The notes below the pieces were generated by a model. It was not told the origin of the DNA. It saw only the letters and a list, made by a program, of their open reading frames with translations, and did not search any database. Below, piece after piece: positions 28,379 through 37,627 of a stretch of 64,000 bases of DNA. Numbering within the stretch: position 1 is the stretch's first letter; every line of letters starts with the position of its first letter. Source of the stretch: Ophelia neglecta (lineage: Eukaryota). Both the position numbers and the translations under genes were made by a program. The DNA lies in contig OZ260663.1 in the NCBI GenBank assembly GCA_965285935.1, positions 52,452,001-52,516,000 of the forward strand, in the 5' to 3' direction.

Positions 28379-29133
28379 CTATTCAAACTCCATCTCGTCT
28401 ATGAAGGCTATTTTGGAGTCGTTGAGAGCACTGTCCATACTGTTAATGAGGTTGCCGAGACGTCTGGCGTCTTTGTCTGGGCTGTGGTCGTTTGACTCCC
28501 GACCCGTTTTGTCACCTCCCGTTTTCAGAAGGTTGTCCGCCGTGCTCAGAAACCCACCATCCGGGTTCCTGTTACTATCAGTCAAGTTCTGCAAGCTGAC
28601 TTCGTCTCTATCTGGGATTCGTGGGGGTTGGTTATCCAAACTTTCGATATAGCCGGAGTTAGCTAAGGGTTTTGAGTCATCCAAGGAAACCCCTCCGTTA
28701 CCAACACCCGCAGGGCCCGTACCTGCTGGGGCGGGTGTGCACTCCTTCCTGTCTACAAATTTGATTGGTAATGCGTGTTGTTTAATGCGGCCAAGACGAG
28801 ACCCGGGAATGATGGAGCGCGGGGGTGGTGCGATAATCGGTGAGGCTGGCTGGTGATGGGGGTGGTGATGGTGCGTGGCGCTGGAGGCGGGTGGAGTGAG
28901 TGTGATTACAGTCTCTCCTGTCGACGTCAGATGCTCACCGTTAGAGGGTCGGGGCTCCCTGGCTGGGGATTCCTGCTGCGAGAGTAACGTCTCCGTCTCC
29001 TCTGTGCTCTGTGCGTCCCTTTTCAGGATGGACTTCTTCTTAGGCACTGGCATGCTCTCACTCCTAGGCGGTTTGCCGCCTTCCGGTGCGTCACCACCAG
29101 TCAACGGGAGGGAGGATTTACTGCTGCCCTTAC
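28379..29133 (-). CDS. Shab: Kv2 alternative last coding exon 4b
   Basis: Acceptor gattgtcgatttcag|. Phase-1 join gives (G)KGSSKSSLP...KKKSILKR...HHHHPHH...KIAFIDEMEFE*. About 250 codons, open and GC-rich. Exons 1+2+3+4b give about 1173 aa. Confidence 0.8.
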
Positions 29134-29180
29134 CTGAAATCGACAATCACACAAAATGGGGTCATCTTTCGTTGTAAACA

Positions 29181-29186
29181 TTTATT
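29181..29186 (-). terminator. Candidate poly(A) signal for the exon 4a isoform
   Basis: AATAAA on the - strand, followed by ttttgtgtgattgtcg (GU-rich), which is also the pyrimidine tract of the exon 4b acceptor. Confidence 0.35.
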
Positions 29187-30500
29187 GAAATAAACACTTA
29201 TTATTTACTAGATACCTATTACTGTTTCTTTCACATGTTACCTAGGGTTAGAAAAAAGATTCAATTAGTGATTATCATAGCAAGTTTTCTTTCGAAATAG
29301 ACATTTAATATAGACAATATGGCTCCTTAAAATTCTACATATAAAATAATGCCAATACAGTACGTACAGTCCTTTAAGAGAGTAAACGATCGACTTACAG
29401 TAATAATATGTAGACCAAATTGAGATGAAAATGGATAACAATGATGCATTGCAAGAAAGGCTTCAAAGAACAGGCAAACACCGAACAATCTTTACTTATT
29501 GCTAAATATGTGAATATAGATATAGCTGCGGCGGAATTTTCAAGAACACGCACCATGCAAACCATGCTCATGTCTTTAATTAATAACATTATATTGAAAT
29601 TTGAATGATATATCATTATAATTATTTCATTCGGTTACTTTTGTTTGATTTTCTTTTCTTATTCATTCTTATTATCATGCAGAGCGTAGCCTACTGTGTT
29701 GGCCTATCGACCTAGATGCTTTTTTAACCACAGCGGCTATAGTTGCCAAAACTGGAGTAAAGTAAACATGGGAGACTTAGGTAGGTCTATATGTTGCCAT
29801 GATAAAAACACGTTCAAGTATCAAACATAGTGTATAAAAATTGTATAAAGTGCTTCACCATTTTTCCCCAAAATGCTACATTCTGAAAAAAATTATATGT
29901 GCGTCACAATTAAGAAATATATAATAACCAATATCCTTTAAACAAATGCAAGAGTCCCAAAGTTGAATTTCGAATTCATTTTTCCTTTAGTTCGTATTTT
30001 CGATCCAAACGCTTCTTAACACTAAGCCACCAAGAAGGACAGCGTACAAAATCAAGAAACATTGCGGAAGCATGCAAGGAGTTTCCGCTGAAAACATGAA
30101 CCCAGTTCAACCAAGGGACGTGCACGTGTAACTTATCAAATAAGCCAGTAACATATCAAGAACAGTCCTCCGGGGAGGCAAAATTCATATGTTACGTCAC
30201 CACCACTTCTTAATTACAGCAATGACGTCACCAATAGTGTTAATTAAAGAAGGCGGGAAGCAGAGCTTGTTTAATATAGTTATGTGTAGATTGGCACTAT
30301 ATAGTAGTACAGAAGGATTAATTGGATCTCAAATAACAAGTAGTCAGACACCATCACCACAAAAGCTGTCGCCAGTTTGAGAGCCGCACCACACAGTACC
30401 GATCAACGGACAGCATGCAGAGATATGGGTGGAGCGTGCCAGTTTGAACGAGTACCTGTTGACAGAGGAAAAAAGGCGTTAAGCTCTGTGGATGTGTATA

Positions 30501-30673
30501 CTATCGCCGGTCGCCGGCTGTCGGTGACACCGGGGTGGCGTTATTGGCGCCGGGGCCTTCTTTATCTGCTCTAGGAATCTCGGAAGAGCCGGCGAGGGGA
30601 GAGGAGTCCGCCCGATGTCCGTCTGTTTGCAATGGGTCCGACTCCTGATACTCCCCTTCGGCCGCACATACCT
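30501..30673 (-). CDS. Shab: Candidate Kv2 alternative last exon 4a
   Basis: Acceptor tttctccgctttcag|. Phase-1 join to exon 3 gives (E)VCAAEGEYQESDPL...SPTAGDRR*. The segment is GC-rich against AT-rich flanks. Confidence 0.6.
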
Positions 30674-31937
30674 CTGAAAGCGGAGAAATATGGTTAAACT
30701 GCAAATGTTTTCATTAATTATGCATATCTATTTATTCATTCAGAAATATCTAGTGGACACGCACTGGGCATATAAGGGCATATAAGTTGATGAGTTTTTT
30801 CCTCTTCATAATCTAGCTTAAAGTTTTATTGTTAAACACTGCACAGACGAGACTTAAGCCTCGACTAATTTGCCTCACCGTGGTCTGCATTCAATCAAAG
30901 TAAAACGGGACAGTAAACATGTGTGTTATTTTAAGGACGGTACATCTATTCAACTCTTAACAGTTTCTAATGTAAAAAAAAATATGAGCTTTTAAACCAC
31001 AGTGATTAGACACTAGAAGCTTTCGACGAGAGGAGGGAGCCTTGTGACAAGGGCATAGTGTCAACATATATACATGCGTATTAAGCTATAAGCGAATGTA
31101 TAGTGTAAGCTCATGTTCAGTGTTAACATAAGTTATCCACATATATCTAATATGATGAGGAAGATAAAAGGAGACACATCAATTTATAATTTAAGACTTA
31201 AGAGTATGTAGACTTACACCATGGAGACTAAAAATTATACGCCCAAAATTGGGTACAAAAATGGAAAAGGACAATGGCTATTTCAGTTAGAACTACAGGA
31301 ATTATGTTGCCAACGGCTTGGTTATAAATTAAATGAAAACACGCTTAACTAAAGAAAAACCTACATACCCATCAACAATACACCACCAATGTCCTCCTCA
31401 TCTTTCAATAAGTTAAATAAAACAAGCGAATTACATCAACGTGCAAAATTTGGCAGCATGGCTAATTCTGTGTACATTCGTTAGCAGTCTTAACGAAGCT
31501 CGAAGAATAAAAAAAGAATCATTTGATGCATTTGGAGCCAAGCTAAAATTCCAAACAATGTTATAAATACTTCTAGATTAGAAAAAAAAAACCATTCGAA
31601 GTTCACAATAAAGCAAGCTTAATTTTATAATAGGGCGCTACGCCTTCGCACATTGTTTTTTTGAAAAAGAATCTGTAGAGGCTAGGCTTGGGTTTTTAGC
31701 TTATTGGTGAAACTGCTTGTTCAATTCAACTTGCGTTTAGTGACCTGCCACTACTGTCTTCTATTGTGGCATAAACTGATCAAAATATGCATGCATAGGG
31801 ATATAACGTATATTATTGCCCTACAGTAACAAAATGATAACTAACACAGTCACACTTAATGCAAACGCTTACTTATAAATGATCCTAGCCATTCAGTGTC
31901 AGCTGGGAGCAAGCAAAGAGTGCGTGACAAACCATAC

Positions 31938-32727
31938 CTGATTTAGAGTTAGATATTAGGTGGTAATTAGCAAGCTTTCTTCCAGTTGCGGGGCTGGCAT
32001 GCGGGCGAGGAGAGTTTGTTTTCTTCAACCTACCACCTCCGTTTCCGGCACTTCCTGTCTGCGAAGAACCCTGGGAAGAAGAGTCAAGATATGATTGGGC
32101 TTGAGTTACGCCGGAGCTGAATCTGGCCCGAAGCCTGGGCACTCGCTTGGCTTTCTTGTTCTGTTGAAAGGCATTCTTCAAGGTAGAGCCGACTGCTGAT
32201 AGATTTCTAGTGGCGCTAGTAGCGATCGGTTGTGACCGAGGCGGGTCGGAGTAGTATCCACCATACCCCGTGGAGCCGCCGCTGCTCACACTTCCCCCAC
32301 TGCCTTGACTGCCTCTGGAGCTGGATCGACTTCGCGCCCTTCGACGTTCATATGGATAGCCAGACCGCGGCGACATCTGCCAGGTGGTGACTGTATCCGG
32401 TTGTGCCTCCTGCTCGTCAGCCGACCCGTCATCTTGACTCTGGCAAGGATTTACCGTTCCGAGCATCTCTGATTCTGGACCAGTGTCTCCCCAAAATGTA
32501 TTCTGATCAAAGAGCGGGGTGTCGACTTCCATGGGGCCGAGCGGGCTGCTGTTGAAGGAGTCTGGGGTGTGCAGCGTGGGGTGTGTGTTACAGCTTGCGT
32601 ACGTATCACTGCTGGCACTGCTATGGTCACGATTGTGACCGTACGACGGCATGTCGGCGTTCCCTTCAAACTGCGTAACGCTTAGGTCCGGCAACATACG
32701 ACATGAGGGTGGTGTACCGTTGATCTG
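31938..32727 (-). CDS. Shab: Kv2/Shab exon 3 (cytoplasmic C-terminus with PRC-like motif)
   Basis: Acceptor gtttttcag|cag (phase 0). GC-rich open frame containing SSASSDTYASCNTHP. Donor TCAG|GTATGG at 31938/31937, phase 1. Confidence 0.85.
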
Positions 32728-34563
32728 CTGAAAAACATCAACAGGCGGCGCTATGGCAAGCGAAATGACAATTATGCTTAAGCCACCAGTTACAGGTTCG
32801 TGATTTCAAGGTGAAAGTGATTTCATCAATCCTCATGTTATTGACGAAGGTCAGTCTTATTAGGCAGGCATTCAGGTGACTTTCCTAACAGCCGTGTACT
32901 TGAAACTGAATTATTTCTTGATAATCCAATATCAAGGCATGTGTAGAGTGGCCTCTCAATATAATTTGTGCGGTAACAATTTATTCTGCAGGTCTAGAAA
33001 TAAATTACTTGAGCCACTAGGCCTATACCATTTAACCTTCTCTAAGTGCACAACTACATATGGTGACCATTTGGCCAACATAGATTAATATAAATGTAAG
33101 TATGCGTTCAAGGAAATTAGGTTCCAAAAATCCTTAACTAAGGAACATGGATCAGCATATCTATTAAAAAATGAGCAATGGCCAAATTTATTGCTTTATT
33201 GAACAGGCAAAAATATATAAAACACTTCTGGTTTCGACTGACATCGCAGATGTGTTGCCAAAGCGACAGTTGTAAGCCTTACACAAATATATGAATCAGA
33301 CATGGTTTGGTAAGAGCCTATAGCAGTTATGGTTGAGCACATGGCAATGCCTGGCCCATCAACACCCATACAGTGCAAGCAGTGATACGTGGGCCTCCGG
33401 CTTGGTGAATGCCTTCCAATCGAATAGACAAGCCAAACGTCTTACTAGTGCAAACTAAAGGCAATTAACCACAAACACGATTGGAATCAACTAAACTAAT
33501 AAAGCCAAGTAACTAATGAAGATGCGAATCTAATTGAAAATTAAATACAAAACATAAAAAATAATACATTAGATATAAAAAAAAAACACTGTATGAAGGA
33601 AACAATCCTTTTGGCATAAAAGAGGTTTTACGACATAAACTGATTTGATAGGGGTAAAATAAATATAGGTATTATTATCACCATAAACATATTGACAATA
33701 GTAACAATAAATCATCAATCAAATCAAATCAGGAAAGCGATAAAACTACCACAAAATTATATGTGAATACAAAAGTAACAGCAAAATAGCGAAAGGTAAA
33801 TGGTATAAAAAAAACTCCAAAGAACGATTCAACAAAGATTTCTGAATGTAAAAATAATAAAGAAAACAAAAAATATAATCATGACAACAATTAAGATGTT
33901 CCGAAGATTGCCAACTATTATTCCTAATTATAGGATTTGTGGTTTTGTCATATCAATTTGTTAAACTCAGACAATTAGCTTATTGCAAAAAAGTTAAACT
34001 TATAATAAAGATATATAACTAATTTATCGAAATTGTCCAAAACATCTGGCGAAGTACACATTGGAAACTGAAAAACATTGCAGTTGTAAATTTGTTTCTT
34101 TCTATGCTATTTGGGGGAAATATGTAAACTAAAATCTATGTGCTTGATTTCTATAAATTTTAAAATACTTTCCGGACATTGATTTTTATCGAAATTGTAC
34201 GTAATCAGAAGAAAACATACCATTATAATGACGTGACTGTCGTATTCCATCGATGATTTTACTATAATCATGTCATGAGACTACACTACTCCATCAATCT
34301 CTTTGCCAAATGCTTGTGCTATGATTGGTTCGGAGGATCTATATACGCAATCTAAACACCGGTCACTTATTGGCCAAAGGGCTGCACTCTCGTTTGAGCC
34401 GCCGGACTTTCTGTACGAGCTAGGTAGCTGTTGATATTATGCATAAGAGCCATTTTTGGTGAAAAAGATCGCTGCATGGTCATACATCATTACCAAGCAC
34501 GATGGATACGAGTCGAATGAAATATCCGAGCGTATTTTTTTGCCGGTTAGTACAAGCAATTAC

Positions 34564-34671
34564 CTTATGGCCGCAATTTGATAAAAAGAAAGTCCTTAAA
34601 TTCAAAGTGAAGGAGCTACTTTTATGTGTGAACTGAGTATCGGCCGACAGCGACCGTGAGTGCATGCCGTG
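34564..34671 (-). CDS. Shab: Candidate Kv2 cassette exon (108 nt, phase 0-0)
   Basis: Long poly-T/pyrimidine tract then ggtag|, and donor AAG|GTAATT. Stop-free in the Kv2 frame: HGMHSRSLSADTQFTHKSSSFTLNLRTFFLSNCGHK. Confidence 0.5.
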
Positions 34672-36213
34672 CTACCAGAAGTAGAAAAAAAAAAATCTTG
34701 TTCGCTGCAGAATGTATCTCAAGAGAAATCAGCGCATTAAATCCAGAATTAAAATGTGAGATTGAACTTATTTTTTGAGCTCAGCGCAGAGTAAAACACA
34801 ACTTTTCTGAAAAGATCAGCTGTCCCAAAGTGTTTCTGCCGCCATATTCTCAAATATATACCATTGTGCCTATGCCTAATGTTTAGCTTCATATTTCAGT
34901 AGAATTTACCATCACTTTACATACCCCATGTGTAAACTTCATTATGCATTCAGTGTAGGTTGTCTGTTGGGATACTCTTTTTTTTGCTAATTTTTGCTAT
35001 CTGTCAAATAGAGTTTAAACCAAAGGCTGGTGAAAACAGAGCTTCCCTTTCAACACAATTTTGTCTTTAAACAACTTATTGAAGTCTCATATTTACATGA
35101 TCAATTCACAGTACTTGGAAATATGTCAACCTGTTATTTTCAGATCTGTGCTTTTCATCAGTTTTCAGCTACCACCTTTTATCCTTAATCTCTGGCTGGT
35201 TCATGGTAGTCATGGTTTGGACAGCTTACAAACCATGCATACCTTGTCATTACAGCCACCAGGTTGGATATCAAACAGATACTGCTCAAATTTTGACCTC
35301 ATACCAATAATAAGAACCCAACTGAGCTGTTACGATTTTTGATAGTCCTGGATAAGAACTGGACATAGTTAGCACATCATATGATTTAGAACTACAGCTA
35401 AAAGTTTAGGTGAATTCTGCAGGAAAGGAGAAATTTTAAAGCATTTTTTGATTAAGAAAAGTGGACATGTATAGAGAAGTCAATTAGCGGTGAAACAGAC
35501 ACGAGCAGACGGTTTTCACCCCAATAACAAGAAGCCAGGATTCTCCATAAAACTGAAGCGTGGTATGCTGCCATTTTGTGTGATAAACTCGGTTTGTGGT
35601 TGGTAACCAAATCTCCTATATGTCAAACACAGGGGTCATCGAAGGATCTAACTTTTGTTGGAATACCAATATCAATGGAAGAATGTTTGTTCATTATTAG
35701 CTGTGTGTGTTTAGTTTCATAAATTGCGACTTTCACACATACAGAATGATGACAATTTCACGTTGTTTTATGGTGAGTGTCTTATTTACCTACTTTCTTT
35801 CCATGTAGGTCATAATATTTTGGAACACTGATTTCGTGATATTTTAAATCAAAGACAGATATCTGACATATGAGTCGTCCATTTTAACTCTGTCAAGGCT
35901 CTGAGCAGCCTTGGTCATCATCTTAGGCTTTATTTATAGTCGCACTGTGACCTTTAAACTATAATACAACAATGACAGGCCAACATCGGAGTAGTCCTTG
36001 TGACCAATCAGGGCTCAGGATATGACAAATAGATTTTAGGCGAGTAGTTTCATTAGGACATCTATAATAAGTATCCAAAATAAAAATTACGAAATGGCAC
36101 TAAAAAAATGGTCCTAAAATCAGCGTTAACGGTGAGCCATTTATGTGCCACCAGTACCGCATCAAGAAACAAATACGAAGATGCTATTTGAGGCTCTCTA
36201 GGCCATGACCTAC

Positions 36214-37287
36214 CTGTGAACGCATGTTGAGCATAGGTTGTGATGTGGTCATTCTCTGGAGTGAGTCCTGGTCGACATCTAACAGGTTGGTATTGCTGGG
36301 ATCAACAGTGATAGTGTCCGGCAGGCTGCGACAGTCCTTGTTACTATCGGTGAGGCAGGCTCCCTTGCCGGTCTCGTCGGCGGCGGTGACAGGGCAGGGC
36401 ATTCCAGGACCTACAGCCCCGTCCTCGCCGTCTCGTCCCTGAGGGCGGTCAGACGCGACCTCCAACAGCTCCATGCTTCGCGCGAAGGCGTCTCGCAGGT
36501 TTATAGAGTGGAACGAGACTATGCTGCCGCTACGTTTTGCTCTCTCCAGCGCCTCCTTCCTCTTGAGGGCCTTCTCTCGTCGCATCTGATCCTTGTAGAA
36601 CTCGGCAAAATTGTTAACAATAATGGGAATCGGTAGAGCAATAACCAACACTCCGCATATACAACACACTCCGCCAACTAGTTTGCCCCAAATAGTCCTA
36701 GGGTACATATCACCATACCCAACCGTGGTCATTGTAATGGCGGCCCACCAGAATGTTTCGGGGATACTGTGGAAGTCTGTTCCCGGGAGATCCTTCTCGG
36801 CAAAATAAGCCAAGCTAGAGAAAAGTAGGATTGTGATAGCCAAGAACATCATCAGTAATCCTAGTTCTTTATATGAGCGCTGCAGTGTGTAGCCTAACGA
36901 CTGCAGACCGGTGGAATGTCTCGCTAGCTTCAGAATCCTTAAAATTCGCATAATACGAAATATTTGCACAACACGCCTAACATTTTGGAACTGTTCGGTA
37001 CTTTTATTTGATTCCACGAGTCCTAATGATATATAAAACGGCAAAATTGCTAAAAGATCAATGACATTCATTGCGCCTTTGACGAATCTCAATTTGTTAG
37101 GCGAAGCCCAGAATCGCAGTCCGTATTCCAGGGTGAACCAGGCGATACATGCCGCTTCTATAAGTCCTAATTGTGGGTTGTCCGCTGCATCGCCTTTCTC
37201 ATCTTTTCCTTGCAGGGATGGTATCGTATTTAATGTTAATGCAATTGTTGAAATAACAATAAATAGCACTGAAATGACCGCTAACAC
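36214..37287 (-). CDS. Shab: Kv2/Shab exon 2 (S1-S6 transmembrane core + proximal C-terminus)
   Basis: Acceptor ctttttttag|GTG, phase 0. S4 [21 protein letters not shown], pore TMTTVGYGD and Kv2-type S6 [11 protein letters not shown]. Donor CAG|GTAGGT at 36214/36213, phase 0 (358 codons). Confidence 0.97.
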
Positions 37288-37360
37288 CTAAAAAAAGACA
37301 AGGGAATAGGGGAGGTTTTAGTGTATCCGGTTTGCCGATCAGGCAGCAGGGGTTTGTTAA

Positions 37361-37627
37361 GATGGCTCCCTTGGAGGCAAATTAATGTCATGTCGTTTTC
37401 CCAAGACTTTGGTATATCACAGCCTCATAGTATATGAAAAGTGCGAAAACAGGCAGTTGCGTCCTATTAAAGTAGATAGGGAAATCAGCTCTTTAAAACA
37501 ATAATAACATCACGACCCCCTATCTTAATTGCATTTCATTTTGCATGAGAAAAATACAAGTGACTTTTTTTAGGCTTTTGACATGACTTGGTAAACTACC
37601 ATTTTGTTACCTATCCAGGGAGCCACC
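37361..37627. mobile_element. TTAA-flanked non-autonomous DNA element (Kolobok-like MITE)
   Basis: TTAA|GATGGCTCCCTTGGA ... TCCAGGGAGCCACC|TTAA. Purine-starting TIRs with a TTAA TSD, plus an inner inverted pair gtcatgtc/gacatgac. Confidence 0.65.

Noticed and set aside
28401-29177. Plus-strand ORFs overlapping exon 4b (likewise 36224-37291, 61400-61702 and 62168-62404)
   Set aside because: They are antisense shadows of GC-rich Kv2 coding sequence with no independent protein features.
30192-30230. CRE-like TTACGTCA / TGACGTCA pair (and TGACGTCA at 22964)
   Set aside because: They lie in 3' UTR or intronic sequence with no other promoter evidence and are plausible by chance.
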